A DNA stretch of 64,000 bases from Pseudovirgaria hyperparasitica. Lineage: Eukaryota. How positions within the stretch are numbered: position 1 is the stretch's first letter; each line of letters begins with the position of its first letter. The notes under the pieces were generated by a model that worked only from the letters and a program-made list of their open reading frames with translations, had not been told where the DNA came from and did not search any database. The stretch lies in the NCBI GenBank assembly GCA_010093815.1, contig ML996571.1. One strand, given 5' to 3'. Positions 12,180 through 29,769 of this stretch are shown piece after piece. Made by a program: the position numbers and the translations under genes.

Positions 12180-14216
12180 AGCAAGGAAATCGCACACTAG
12201 AAAGGATCCGAAGCTAGATTATCTCATATCGTAGACTTGCCTCGACTAGGAATGGTCGAGCCTAACAGTCGCAAGGTTCGCACGAGAGTGGCGAACGGGC
12301 CCGAAAGAAGTCGGTTACAGGGCTGAGAAGATGATGTTTGATGCTCGATTGGGAAATTGAAGCCAACGAAACTCGGGCAGAACGCCAAAATCGCAACAAA
12401 GGGGACGAAGAAAGGTCGCAAGTTGAGAGTAGAGGAGACGGCAGACTTCTATATTCTCGCAAAACAGCAGGAAAAGACGAGCAGCTTAAGAGGACGAAAG
12501 AGGCGGAGGTTGAGGCATAGAATCAACGAAAGCATCCATGTTCATTGACCATTTCGGCTGACGAGAGAGTGCCAGGTGGGTTGAAACACAGCCTCTTGAG
12601 CCTGCAGCCTCTGCAGAAGCGGTGGTCCCAACCAAAAATACCAACCGTGAGCTGCAGCTTGCATGGATCTTGGCCTGTTCCCGTCTAAAGCAACGACCCG
12701 AACCGCATAGAGATTACTCGATTCGATGCATCTTGCATCACATCACATAGGGCGCAGTCGCACATTCAAAGACACTCCTCGCTGCCCACCAAACAGACGA
12801 AGCGATCATGTAGGCACGACGCGGGAGCTTCCTTGGACTCCAAAGGCTTCATCCTTGCGTATGATGTGGGCAGGCAGAAGGTTCTCATCTCTTCAGGGGT
12901 GCTGTATTTTCAATAATCGGTAGAAGAGTTTGCTATACCGTTCCTCCCTGCTTTGCGCCACTTTTTGCAGTGCATAGAGAGCCTCGCTTGGCAGACTGTT
13001 TCGAATGGTCCTCCACCAAACCACTGCTGCACCTCTTCGGCGTTTTCGTCAGGCAGACAAGTCTAGATAGAAGAGTTTGGCAATCACACCATCGACATCC
13101 GCGCAGGCCATTCGCTTGATCGGCGTCGTGCCTTGTCATTGCATGATGGAGAGAGACGGAGGATTTGCCAATCCCCAGCGCCTCGTCTGATAAGAGACTG
13201 TACGGCAAGTGAATCCTATCGTGCATTCTTGTGCTGATATGCCGAATCCTGCGTGGAGAAAGCATACACTTGGGCCACTCCCAAAGCTTGGAGGTCTTTG
13301 TAGGGATGCGCCACGGAAGCCGCCCGCATGTGGAGTGCAGCCTAGAGCTCCAAGAACGGCATTCCACTTATCAAGGACTGACTTGTTCGGCGAGGAGCAG
13401 TGATCTTGATAGAAGAACAAAACAGTCTTACTTCCCATAGTGCAAAGATCTACTTGTTCCCTCGCCGTTGCGAGTAGCTGGCTGTAGGGACGGCATCTTC
13501 TTTGCGGAAGATGGCCAGCTGCGCTAGAACATCGTCGACGGAGGATGTTCAGGAAAATGATGTCTCAAAGGCCCAATCAGCTCGTGACCTGGTGCGGCAG
13601 AGCAGCAACTCAGAGACTTGCGAGGGGAGGACGACATGGTTCGAGATGCGTGAAAGACGCGTTGAGGACGGAGAAGTGTGTGCTAGGTGCCGATGATGGT
13701 AGGCGAAGAGTTTGCTAGGCGCCGTGGATTGCAGTGGTGTGCATACAAAAGAAAGCGTCCCAGGCTAAAGATAGACGCACAAGCTCGAGCTATCCTGACT
13801 ATTAGAGAGAGGCAGGTCGAACCAAGCCCCAATTTGCATGTAGGAACCAGGTCCCGCATTCTGAATAGACTGCATAGTGACTTCTTATAATAAGACAAAC
13901 TAGATGCGATCAAGTCTCGTCAGTAAACAAGACCATGTACTGTGTATGCACTGAAGTACTTTCTTACCTTTTCCCTTTGATTATTGTCACGTTTAATAAT
14001 ACCTTCCTTGCTTAAAGCTTACCTAAGGCAGATTCCAGTAGATGGCGGGGTAGTAGGGGCATGATGATATCTACGATTCTGGTACTGATACCTACACTAC
14101 TATCGCTGTCACTGCTCAATGCATACAGTGCGCGAGTCGTGACGGCATCATTCGCCAATCACAGTCAGCCTAAATAGAGCTTACGATATATACATGTATG
14201 ATGCCCGGCCTCCTAC

Positions 14217-16144
14217 ATGTTGCGAATTCACTCTCAATTCAATCTCTCTATGCTCTCCATCCCTCGCCGTGTCCTCTTAACTCCCAAGACCCCCAATATT
14301 GTGCCGGTTCTGCATAACAACTATCAGCAACGACCTCTCGGGCCCACTCGGCCTTTCTCCACAAATTTCAGAGCTATGGCCAAGGAATACAAGCTCAAGG
14401 GCATCGCCTCAATCGACCTGAAGAATGGCGACAAGATTGAGGCTGAAGTTGATGGAATCGAGGGCGGCAAGGTCTTGCTTGCTAAGGTGCAGGACAAGGT
14501 ACATGCACTGAGTCCAAAGTGCACGCACTATGGAGCACCATTGAAGAATGGCATTCTCACACCAGAAGGCCGCCTAACCTGTCCCTGGCATGGAGGTATG
14601 TATACTACTCTGCGATGCCACCTCTTTAGTTTGGCGAGGCTAATCTGTGCCAGCTTGCTTTAATGTTTCGACCGGAGATGTCGAGGATGCCCCGGCTCTC
14701 GATCCGCTTGCGAAGTACGAAATCATAGAGAAAGACGGAGGTGTATACATCAAGGCTGAAGAAGCCACGATCAAAGCCGCTCGTCGAACCCTGAATATAA
14801 AATGCTCTGCCAAGGGCACCGAGAAGATAGTAGTTGTTGGTGGTGGCTCTGGTACTGTCGGCGCCATCGAAGGTAATTACCCCCTGTGGCATACTTAGCA
14901 ATTGTAACAGCAGAAGCGAGACTAATGGCAGAGTAGGACTGCGCGGCGGAGGCTTCACAGGACCCATAACAGTCATATCCAAAGAAGGCTATCAGCCTTT
15001 CGACCGCACAAAGCTCTCAAAAGCATTGCTCGCAGACATCTCCAAAGTAGCCTGGCGATCCAAGGAGTACTATCAAGAATCGGACATTGATATCGTATCC
15101 GATGAAGCAGAATCGGTCGACTTTACCGCGAAGAAAGTCACTACAGCCTCTGGCAAATCATACGACTATACTTCCCTCGTCCTCGCTACTGGTGGCACTC
15201 CACGATTCCTCCCCCTCCCTGGCCTCAAAGGCGATTTAGGCAATGTCTTTGTACTCCGTGAAATCAAGCACGTCTCCGACATTCTCGCTGCAGTGGGCGA
15301 CAACAACAAGAAGATTGCTGTGGTTGGCAGCTCCTTTATTGGCATGGAAGTTGCTAACGCTCTCGTGGGCAAGAAAAATGATGTCACCGTCGTTGGCATG
15401 GAATCTGAGCCCATGGAACGCGTTATGGGAGCCAAAGTAGGCGCTGTATTCCGGGGCCTTCTCGAGAAGAACGGTGTCAAGTTCAAGATGGGTGCATCCG
15501 TCGAAAAGGGCACCCCCTCATCCTCAGACAGCAGCAAGATTGGTGCCGTGCACCTCAAGGATGGTACTGTACTGGAGGCAGACCTCGTAGTCGAGGGTGT
15601 CGGCGTCGCGCCCGCAACCGAATACCTCAAGAACAACTCCGCCATCACCCTCGAAAAAGACGGGTCAATCAAAACGAACGAAAGCTTCGCCGTCGCAGGC
15701 CTCGAGAACGTCTACGCCATCGGCGACATCGCAACATATCCATACCACGGCCCCGGCGGCAACGGTGCACTCACCCGCATCGAGCACTGGAACGTCGCGC
15801 AGAATGCTGGCCGCAGCGTCGCCGCGTCCATCTCGTCTCCCGGCTCCAAGCCCAAGCCGTTCATTCCCGTGTTCTGGTCTGCTCTCGGGGCTCAGCTGCG
15901 GTACTGCGGTAACACAGTCGGCGGGTATGATGATGTGATTGTGCAGGGCGACACAAGCAAGCCGAGCTTCGTGGCGTACTATACCTCTGGCGAGACGGTG
16001 GTCGCGGTCACGAGTATGGGCAAGGATCCGTACATGGCACAGAGCGCGGAGTTGATGCGGCGCAACGCGATGCCCAGTAAGAGCGAGCTGGCCGGTGGGA
16101 AGGACATCATGGAAGTGAGCGTGCCGAGTGGAATCAAGATCTGA
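14217..16144 (+). CDS. AIF-like mitochondrial oxidoreductase (Rieske 2Fe-2S plus FAD/NAD pyridine nucleotide-disulfide reductase)
   Basis: Rieske CTHYGAPL..CPWHGACF after intron 14596-14653; VVVGGGSG; intron 14873-14936; VVGSSFIGME; VYAIGDIA; RIEHW. N-terminal mitochondrial-type presequence. Confidence 0.92.
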
Positions 16145-19100
16145 GATGGATGCGCATCTTGATTGGTGTGTTCTTCTGACTGCGGCAGGGAGGCATGAAG
16201 TGCACTAGGACGTCTCGTTAGAGAAGCGAATATGAAAACAAACTGCCCAGAAGAAGTGTATTAGCGCGAACAGACTATACTCTCAGTATTCGCGGTGAAC
16301 GACTTCATGTGCATGTGCAGAGAACATAGCCTTAATGTGCGTTCTAACAGACCAACCAACATTCCACTTAAAAAACAATCAGACTGAGGTGCTCAGTAAG
16401 TAAGTACCTCACCAAACGCAGTACAGTATTCGAAACACCAAGTTCCTGTACATACCGAAGAACCATCAAATGCTTAAACCGAAAAAAACCGACCACGACA
16501 TTGTGTACCCTACCTAGTTAAACCACCATGGAGCGCACTATCCCATTTAGACGCGCCGCGAACGCGTCCCTCCCTCAACCCGGAAAACCAAAACCCTAAT
16601 TAGCATCCAATCTCACGCTCCTGCCACGCTGCCACGTGACACCCAGCCTCGGCACTTATCTCTTGAAACTACCCGGGGCGGCGTGCGTGCGTGCGCGGAA
16701 TCTATCTTGTCTCGTGTCGTCTTGTCTTGGCTAGTCTACCCTTATTAGACTTATATAGGTAGATTAGCAACGTTAAACTTTTCCATCGAACACCAACCAG
16801 GCTAAGTAAGCTAGGTAAGTGAGCTAAGTGAAGTAGGTTTTTGGGTAAAGGGACGTGAAACTTGGGTGATTCATTAAACTTTGAGTTTGGAAGCGTGGGC
16901 GGTGCTGGGATTTGGTGAGTGGTGTATTGTGTTGTAGGTAGTACGACTGAGGGGAGATTATACTGGATGGTTGGGGGATGGTTGGGATATGTTGTGGATG
17001 TGATGGATGGAGAGGAGCTGGTTTCTTGGTAAATTGCCAGCGTCTGCGTTGTGGTTTGGGGTAAGTAGGGTGCTTGGGCAGGTACTACAGTAAGGTAGAA
17101 TTTCTATTTTTGCGACGACGCGGTTGTTGTGGTGGTTTGTGTGGATGCATGGACATGGGGCATGGGCAAGGGCAAGTGCCAGGACTGGGCTGCTTGGAGA
17201 GTTAGGAATTAGGAATTAGGAATTGGGATTTGGATTTTGGAGTTTTGGGGGGGCATGGGTGTGGTGGTGTCCTGTTTTGTTTGCCCAATGCGCGGACTAG
17301 GTACTGTAGAGATGAGAAGGCGAGGATGTTGCCTGTTTTTATTCTTTTTGTGTTGGTGATGATGATGACGAGCAAGGGAGGGTGTTGCGACGATCGATCT
17401 GGGAGATGAAGTCATCGCTTATTAGAGACATGACCACGGTGAAGATAGATAATCATATTGAGTACAGTGCAGGGTTCACGAAATGTATATATCGCAATGT
17501 TGGCCCGAGTCAGAAGGAACGCCTGGTTTATTGGATCAAGGGTTTAAGAGATACCAGGTACGGTAAGTGTTTTTCGTACCTGCATTGATCATGCATGCTA
17601 ACTTGTGTACCTAAAGACCGGGGCTCCGGGCTTTCAAAGTGTACTGTACTCCTCCTGCATTGCAGAAAACGGATATGCACGTTTCCTCGATCGGACGGGG
17701 CTTTGGCTTTTTTTTTTTTTTTTCTTTTGCAATGGCATGTGGTTTTTTTTGGTTAATTGTCTTTCGTGCGGACGTGTTGTAGGGCGATCCGAGCGCGTCA
17801 TAACCTGCCGGGAAAAACGTAAAATGGGTTTCTGTTTCGGTTTCAGCGAGGAAATGCGACTGCTGTCCTGCCGCCGGGGCTTGAGAGGTGGGACACGGAC
17901 AACTTTTCGACGAGACAGCGATGGGTAGTCAGGCAGGCGTTTGAGATCTGGAGAGAGAGAGGAATATGTGACGTCGTGATCACCAGACAGGAGCAAATGG
18001 ATGACAGGACCGCTGTAGGGCCGTAAGGATGGAGCACAGGTTTGCGATTGCGCGTTTAGTCGACGTTTATTGATAGGTAGTGTTGCGCACTGATGTGGGT
18101 GACGAGCCATCACCGAACTACAGATGGATGGATGGATGGATGGATGACAGTGGCATACTGCTATTAATTATACTGTTCTCGCTCTGGACCGGTCACTCCG
18201 CCGGTTGGGCGGGAAAAAGTAAATTGCCTATCAATCTTGCAACGGCTTTGGGTCCGACGAGGCTTGGCTGCTTCAGCGTGATTGAAGTGAGTGTCGACAG
18301 ACATGTTTGAGTGTTTGTGATGCTGGCGAACGATGGAGTCCTCCTACAAGCAATGATTGCAGACGTGCGCGCAGTGGCGTCATGAGGCAGCCCGCCATGA
18401 TGGGATAGAGGCCCTGTCCGCAGCCTGTCGACGACGTAGGCGAGATTGACGGACGGGAATGTAAGGAGATTTGGTGTTGTTGTTGACTCTGCGCAGTGTC
18501 TGGCCTGTGTCCAGCTCAGCACAGACAGGCGTAGGCGCAGGAACAGGCTCAGGCACAGACTTCACGCTCAGGGCTCAGGCACCACTATTTTAATTAATTC
18601 TTAGTCTATCACTGTCTATTGCTGTCTATTACTGGCACAGCGAGGAGGATGAAGGACACGGCGAGAGCGGCCGAGCGCCGGCCGTAGCTTGCTCACTACG
18701 CTTGACGGTCTACACTATACGCTGCCCAGTCTTCATTCTACCCAGCTAATGGCCTCCCAGTCTCTCTCTCTGTAACTGACTTGCTTCACACTCGCACACT
18801 CACACACACACACACCCGGTCGACCGTTTCAAGCGCCTCCTTTTTTTCCCTTTTCTGTCGTCGTCGCTCTCCACCCTACTGTCGCTCTCTCTCCTGGCGC
18901 GCCCCAAATTAGCACTTCCACCACCCTCACACTACTGCTGTCCTGCTGTCCTGCATCGCTTTTACCTCTTTACCGCTTCCGTTGACGTTTCGTGTCTCTC
19001 TCTCTCTCTCAACTCTCTGACACTCCTCCCTCTCTCCCAATCTCACCTTCATTTGCCCTCAATTCGTGTTGCGTCGCCTGATTAGGGCGCTCATCACGCT

Positions 19101-19621
19101 TGGCTACTGTTGTTGTCCTCCCTCTCCTCCACTCCTGTCCCAAGGTTCTGCCGCCGCGCGAGAACAACAACACGCTTGTGCCAAGTAGCAGCTGCCCCAG
19201 CTCCCGACCTACCGCGCTTCAGCTTCATGTGAAGGAGCCGCGACTGCGACAAAACAACTTATCCTCCTTCCAACCACTCCGACATACAATACCCTTGCGA
19301 AGACGCGCAGCACATACACAGAGAAGAGTCTTTGTCTATTACTGGCTGCTTCGAGCCCGCTATCATCAGCCTTTGTTGTCCTCTACATTCCAGTACTCCA
19401 CTACCATTTCGCTCCGGCACTCCTTGCGTGCCGGCGATAAACAATCATCCACGCATCTTTTTCTCACCTACGCCTTCATGCAAAACATTCCGTCCACAAA
19501 CCCAATCTCGCCCTCGACCACACTTCAGCTCTCACTAGCTTCACCTCTCATCCGTGGTACCGCTACTTCCTCTACCAACTCTGCTCTCGACTTATCTGAG
19601 CCGTGAGAGTCGCTGCTGAGC

Positions 19622-22600
19622 ATGTCTTCGGCAGCCGTTCAGGCCAACTCACCTGCCGTGTCAAACCGTCAGTACCCACAGTCTTCTCACCAGCGCGACC
19701 AGTATTACAGTGCTCAATCGGGCAATGTAGCTTCAAGTCCACAGGCATCCAGAAAACCCTCAAGACGTCCCAGCGGCAATGGCAGCGTGCCAAATACCCC
19801 GACTGCTACCCAATACAATCAATCTCCATCCGCCTCTAGTGCGAGTATGACAACTCCACGCGCACACCCTCTACCGCCATCGTCCGTCCACGCTTCTCCG
19901 GCATTTTCTGGATCCACTACCGCTAGCGGACCGAACGTACCTCAACGAACCTCATCTCACCAACAGAGTCAGACGCGCGACAACACACACAATACCGAGC
20001 AGTTCAGAAACATGAGCCTAGATGACGGCCAAGCTGCGGGGAGTCAATCCCGCAGACAAGGTCACTCATCTTCAGGCAATGGGTCTTCAGCTAGAACTAA
20101 GCAGTCGCCAGGTCACAGCCGCTCAGCAACTGCTGTTGCAACACCTCCGGCAAACCTTCCCCGTGAGGACAGCACCATCATCAACCGTGTCATCACCTCC
20201 GATCCCAACGAAGACATTGCACGCGAGAAGGCCCGTCAAGCTGAGGCAAGAGGTCAAGCTCCGGTTGATATTGATGCATCATCAAGTGGCCTTGGCCTGG
20301 TAGGTAGCGAGGGTGTAGATGATGGTGGTCGTGGAGGCGCCAGGAGACAAGATCACTCCAAATCGGACAGACGATCAAAAGAGACAAGATTCGGTGACTA
20401 CATACTCGGCCAGACTCTTGGTGAGGGAGAGTTTGGCAAGGTCAAGATGGGCTGGAAAAAAGAAGGTGGTGTCCAGGTTGCAATCAAGCTCATTCGGAGG
20501 GATGCGTTGGGCACAAACCCCAGTCGTTTACCGAAGATCTATCGCGAAATCTCAATCTTGCGTGGCTTGCAGCACCCGAACATCGTACGGCTACACGAGA
20601 TGGTTGAGACCGAGCGACATATTGGTATCATACTTGAATATGCGTCTGGCGGAGAGCTTTTCGACTACATCCTCACCCATCGTTACTTGAAGGACAATGC
20701 CGCAAGGCGACTCTTCGCTCAGCTTGTTTCTGGGGTAGGATACTTACACAAGCGAGGAATCGTCCATCGCGACCTGAAGTTGGAGAACTTGATGCTCGAC
20801 CGCAATCGTAACATCATCATTACCGATTTCGGCTTTGCAAACACGTTTAATCCGACCGAAGATCTCGGCGATGAAATTGAATACAATCTGTCCAACAGAG
20901 ATTTCGTGAAGAAGATGGGCTTAGAGCAGCTCCGCACGGATGGCACGAGACGAGGTGATCTCATGCAGACAAGTTGTGGTAGTCCATGCTATGCAGCACC
21001 AGAACTTGTCGTGAGTGACTCTCTGTACACTGGCAGGAAGGTCGATGTATGGAGCTGTGGTGTAATATTGGTAAGCCGTTGTCAATGTTCGTGTGCACGC
21101 CTTAAAAAAATAACATCAACCACAGTACGCCATGCTCGCCGGGTATCTTCCGTTCGACGACGATCCAGCGAATCCCGAGGGCGACAACATCAATCTGCTC
21201 TACAAATACATTGTATCAACACCACTTACGTTCCCAGAATATGTCACACCACATGCAAGAGACTTACTGAAGAGGATACTTGTTCCGGACCCAAGAAAGC
21301 GGGCGGATCTATTCGAGGTGGCCCGTCACAGTTGGTTGAGCGAATTCGCACACGTCGTTGGATTCATCACCAGCAGCACCACGACGACCAGCGATATCGC
21401 CAACACCACTGTTCCCGCACGTACGTCTACCAGCGTCCAGCAACCAGCTCAAACTGACGGCTTCTTAGAAGATCCATACGAACCACCAATGCTTACGCGC
21501 AGTGCGTCTGTTCGTGAACCTACCAAACCACAATCTGCACACAACACAACAGTTGGGGGATTGCAGAAACCTCAGGGCAGTGTTGATCCGAATGCAGAGA
21601 GCAAGACTAGGGATCCAAGAGATGCCAAACGGCGTACCGTACAGGTCGAATATGTTGCTCCTCAAAGGGAGACAGCTCGCGAACACAGTTCCCCTGCAAC
21701 TGCCACAAGTAACGGTACTCCCCGGACGAGACAAAGAGCGGACCAAGGCCCAACCGAAGTTTCAGCAACGTACCAGTCTAGCTCACGCCAAACTGCTCAA
21801 CGATCTTCTTCTGGTGCCGCACCGCCTTCAAGTCGTGTGGCCTCCGAGTCGATTGCATTCGGTAGCGCACCCCATCACTCTGCCATGCCGACTACATCCA
21901 ATACGAGACCTGCTACTGGCGGTTCTATGGGTGCCACTGGCAGACTCCCGTCGCGTGGAAACTCTTACGGTCAGCCAGCTGCTGCGACAGTCGCGCCTAC
22001 GAATGCACAGGGACGCTTCTCTCAGCCAAAAGGCAAGCGATATGTCATTTCGGCGCCGATGCCACAAGACGGTGGAAACGAGTCGGCAATGGGCAGGCCT
22101 AGTACACAGCGTATGCCGTCTCACGACGCTCGTCAAGAACCAACGTCGGAGCATCGGAGCTCACACAGACGGTCGAATACGGTTGGTGGTATAAGCGAAA
22201 AGATCTTTGGGCGTGCTCCTTCAATGTTTGGTGGACGGCCATCTGTAGAGCAAGGCAACCGGGAGAATAAGAAATACCCTCCGACGAGCATGGCCGCGCC
22301 CATTCCTAATGACCCAGATGCCCCGCGCCAATCTATCGAGTCAAGCCGTCGCACTTCATTCGGATTCAACAGGAGGAGCAATGATACAAACTCGAAGCCT
22401 GAGCGCCAATCGAGAAGATTTTCTCTCATACCAAACATCAAAAATGCCTTTGGCGGTAGTAGCAAGTCTCAAGACCCGCCATCTTCATCGCACTCTGCCG
22501 ATCCCCGACGATCGCAGGCACCTCGTAGTCGTGGACAGAGTCGCCCAAATACCACCCACGTTGCTTATGGATCCGCTGCATCGAGATCTCCGAGCCAGAG

Positions 22601-22997
22601 TACGACTGGAAGCACTATACCAGTTCTGTATGATGGAAATCGAGAAAGTCCACCTAGCCAGATGCGCGAATCCCGGATTGCACCTACCTCTGCTCCCTCT
22701 CAGCAGACTCAGTTTTCATCGAACTATGCTCACTACGACCGCGACGCAAGGTATTACAACCAGGCAAATGACAGTGAAGCATCTCAGCCCGTAGTAGGAC
22801 GACCACAATATCCTGCTGGTTTCAACACCAGCGAGACACTCCCATCCCAGCGTGATCGGCCGGGTGTCCTGCAAAAGAATCGCAAGTTTGCAGAGGAGCA
22901 AGGTCCAGCAGGCCATGGCGCCAGTTCCAATAGCTCTAGACGGGTCACCGATTGGTTCAGACGGATCGGAAGACAGAGGACGAGAGAGGAGCGGTGA
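19622..22997 (+). CDS. Ser/Thr protein kinase, CAMK-like, Kin4-type
   Basis: [33 protein letters not shown] with the long activation-loop insert. Intron 21071-21125 (GVIL|YAMLAG) and a probable in-frame intron 21421-21468. Confidence 0.92.
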
Positions 22998-23919
22998 TGT
23001 AAGAAAGGAAGAGGGCCAGGGAAGAAAAGACAGCGCAAGTAAGCTTTTAATAGACGCAGGTTTGTTGGCGAATATCTCGGCCAACACATTCCCACCTTTC
23101 GACACTGGGCGAGGACAGCAGGTCACAGCATATTTCGAGTCTGCGCGAGCCGGTAAGACGGCATTCTTTTTTGCATTCGGGTGGCGCAACATCTGCTTTG
23201 ACCGGATTCGCAGAGGCTGTTTCATGCACAATCACATCACATACCTTGTAATCACTTGCGCATATATACTGAGGCTTGAATTCGAGCTTGAGCTGTGGCA
23301 AGAAGAGGTGCAGCTCGGGCCTGTCTGATGGGTCTGCGATCGTTGATGGTCGCCTTTTTATTGTTGTATCTTTGAGCTTTTACTATTATACCTATAGCCT
23401 GCACTACGCCGTTAATTGGCATGGTCTCGTACTTTGCTTTGTCGTGACCCTGGTGATGTGCTGGTCTTTATGTCGAGCTTGTAAAATACCTCGTTAGACT
23501 CGCATCGTCTTAGAAAATGTATTGTGAATCAAATGCAAATGTTCCTCTGGTGATCTCTCCCTTCTTTCCAATTTTGATGATGCCATCACACGCTAGATCG
23601 ACACAGGCTTGGCACCACCCTACTTGCCCATTCCTTCACAACAACTGCATCCATGTCATTTCATCTGCCCACCAATTCTATCGTATCTCTTTCTGCAGAG
23701 CTGGTCTCTGAGGGCTACTCATGGATCTTGGCCATTTGTGCTGGAATAAATCAACGGACTGTGACCAATTGATCGCAAGCGAATGCGCATAACAAGACCT
23801 TCGACCTATTCGCCGGCAAGATGAGCATTCAATCGAGATTTCGGGCGCGATGTGAAAGTATTCTTGTGTAAGGTGCTCTTTATTTCAAGCAACTAGATCT
23901 GTCATACTGACCAAGATAG

Positions 23920-27066
<3,147 letters not shown>

Positions 27067-27809
27067 TCAGCGAGGTAGGGGATTTGGGGTTGTGATGTTT
27101 TGGGGGCGTTTCGGGATAGCGGATGGTGTTGTTTTCTCAATATGTTCTATATCTTATTCGGCACTCGGAAGGGAAGAATGCTACTCTCCTATCTGGAAGT
27201 AAGCTAGTCAAAGCCCGTCATTCCTTGATACTTTGATACTGGAACACTGACATGGACTGGAATTACATGGACGGACAGCTACATTTACACCCAACTAATA
27301 GGTGCGCAAACCATTGGAGAGGTTCGATAGAATACTAGTAATTAGATGGATGCTAGACTGTTCCGGTGTGTATACCGAGGTGCCGAAAGCTATCCCAACA
27401 TCGCAAGCTAGAAGGCCCACGTTGGCTGACGCAAAACTCCGCCCCTTGACCTTCTTCATCGCATTGGTTGCGTTTTGACCTGATTGAGACATCGTTGCCT
27501 ATATTCAACTGGGAGGGGAAAACTAGCTCCCGTACTAGGTCCAGGAGATCTGCCGGATCTCGCCCAATGTGACGTTGCTGGCAGGTCTTCAGCTCAACTT
27601 TGGGGGCTGGGGCTGGAACTGGAACTGGAACTGGCACACTTTGACGTGTCTTGTTGGGGTTTAGGGGGCGGAGATGTGAACTTGGTGTGCTGGCTGAGCA
27701 TATAACTGGGTCTTGGGCGCCTTGCTGTCAGGACGGTCAAAGTCGTTTGCGAAAGAGAAAAAAAATGTGTTTGTGAATCAAATCGCTACATATTCTGGAG
27801 TTCCTGGAG

Positions 27810-29546
27810 ATGATGCAGCAAACAGCCGTCTCGATCGCAGCAGTTATCAGTGGTATTGTCGCTCATCTTGCGTTTTATATCCGTGGCGAGTGGGATGCTG
27901 CTGTACTCTATCTGCTCCTGGGATATCTGAGTCTGCATCAAACTCTTGTTCTACTTCTCGTGTACCATGGCGACTCATCGTACACAACCGCTACCTGGGA
28001 CGTGCTAACCGCCGAGTCCTTCCATATACTCGGCTTGACCTGCAGCATCATCGCATACCGCGCATTCTTCCACCCGCTCCGTCGCTTTCCCGGACCGAGC
28101 TCGCTCAGAACCTCGGTCTGGGCAAGGGCAATCACGATATTCCTTTCTGGCGAGCGAGGGGCCGTCGAGCTCCACGACTTACATGAGAGATATGGCGATT
28201 ATGTCCGCGTGGGACCGAACCATCTCTCCGTCCGGTCGGCGGACGCTCTGCCCGTTATCAACGGGAGCGGCAAGTCAACGGTGTGCCACAAGTCGGTCGC
28301 GTATCTCTTCCCTACCTACCCTGCCAGCGTCAATGCGGAGCGTAACCCACATCGGCATGCACAGCATCGGCGGATCTGGGATAGGGCGCTGGATCCAGTG
28401 AGTGTGGATTCGTATGTTCCCAGGCTCCTGGGGCTTATGGACATGCACATACGGCGCTTGGCGCGCTACAAGGGGCGGGCAGTGGAGGTGAGACGCGAAT
28501 ACACATTGCTCGTCTGTGACATTCTCGGGAGCGTGGGCTATGGACGACACGACGGCTTCTCGGCCATGGAGACGGGCCGCCTGCCTCGTGTGATGGGCGA
28601 TATCACGCTGACGTGGCGCTTCGGCGTGTACATGATGCTGCTGCCCTGGCTGCACGTCCTGCTAGACTGGGCGCCCGACCTCCACGGCCTGATCTACAAA
28701 TCCGATGTCAGAGTCCGAGACTTCATCGCCGCGGAGATCACGCACAAGATAGCCCGCACCCGGGCCCGCGCAGCCGGGCCGTCGTCTCCCCTGACTGATA
28801 TCATGAGCCATCTCTTGGCTGCTAGTCTGCGCGGTAGACCCCTGGGCCACGAACAGCTTGTCTCGGACGGCTTCATCATGAGTGTTGCTTTGACGGATAC
28901 TTCTATCGCTACCCTCTTCCACCTCACGTACCGCCTCGCCCGACACCCGGCCCTCCAGGCCATTCTCCGCCGCGAGATCCAGGCAGCCATACATACACCA
29001 CATGTCGAGCACGCCCACTGGCCCACCATCTCCCGCCTCCCCTACCTCAACGCCTTCATCAACGAGACGCTCCGTCTGCACCCGCCTAACCCCAGCCCAT
29101 TCTCCCGCGTGACTCCCCCCGAAGGCATAACGCTGCCCGACGGCACGTTCGTACCGGGTGGTACCATCGTCTCGATCCCGGAATGGTCATTGCATCGCGA
29201 CGCGCGGTGTTTCGCCGATGCCGAGTCTTTTCTTCCGGAGCGCTGGCTTGCTCGTGAGGATGGGGTGGAGTGTGGTGTGGCGTGTACGCCGCGGCCGGAG
29301 CTGGTGCTTGATGGACGGGCGTTTATGCCGTTTTTGACGGGGCCGTATAGGTGTCCCGGGATGTATTTGGCGTATTTGGAGGTGAAGGTTTGGGTGGTTT
29401 GTGTGCTGGGGGGGTTTGAGGTTGGGGTGGATGATGGGGTTGTTGGGGGTGTGGATGGGCGTGTGGATGGGGGGTGGAGGGATTATGGGATGATGCATCC
29501 GGGGACGTTGGATGTGCGGTTTCGGGAGAGGGGGGCGGTGCGTTGA
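27810..29546 (+). CDS. Cytochrome P450 monooxygenase, single exon
   Basis: N-terminal TM, PLRRFPGP, YGDYVRVGPN, ETLRLHP (ExxR), PERW, heme motif FLTGPYRCPG. Confidence 0.93.
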   Translation: MMQQTAVSIAAVISGIVAHLAFYIRGEWDAAVLYLLLGYLSLHQTLVLLLVYHGDSSYTTATWDVLTAESFHILGLTCSIIAYRAFFHPLRRFPGPSSLRTSVWARAITIFLSGERGAVELHDLHERYGDYVRVGPNHLSVRSADALPVINGSGKSTVCHKSVAYLFPTYPASVNAERNPHRHAQHRRIWDRALDPVSVDSYVPRLLGLMDMHIRRLARYKGRAVEVRREYTLLVCDILGSVGYGRHDGFSAMETGRLPRVMGDITLTWRFGVYMMLLPWLHVLLDWAPDLHGLIYKSDVRVRDFIAAEITHKIARTRARAAGPSSPLTDIMSHLLAASLRGRPLGHEQLVSDGFIMSVALTDTSIATLFHLTYRLARHPALQAILRREIQAAIHTPHVEHAHWPTISRLPYLNAFINETLRLHPPNPSPFSRVTPPEGITLPDGTFVPGGTIVSIPEWSLHRDARCFADAESFLPERWLAREDGVECGVACTPRPELVLDGRAFMPFLTGPYRCPGMYLAYLEVKVWVVCVLGGFEVGVDDGVVGGVDGRVDGGWRDYGMMHPGTLDVRFRERGAVR

Positions 29547-29769
29547 TGGGGCGGTTCCGGTTTGGTTCTGCTTTGGCTTTTGGTTTGGGGGGGTTTGGGA
29601 TTTGGATGTATCTTGTAGGCGTGTGCGTTGTGGTGTTGAGATTTGAGTTGCTGTCATGGGTTGTTTTCCTGTGATGCCTGTTAGGGTTACGATTACTGAT
29701 TACTGGAGGATCTAGACGGTTATGGTCGTACGTAGCGTAACACGATCTAGAGATAGATATATACACATA

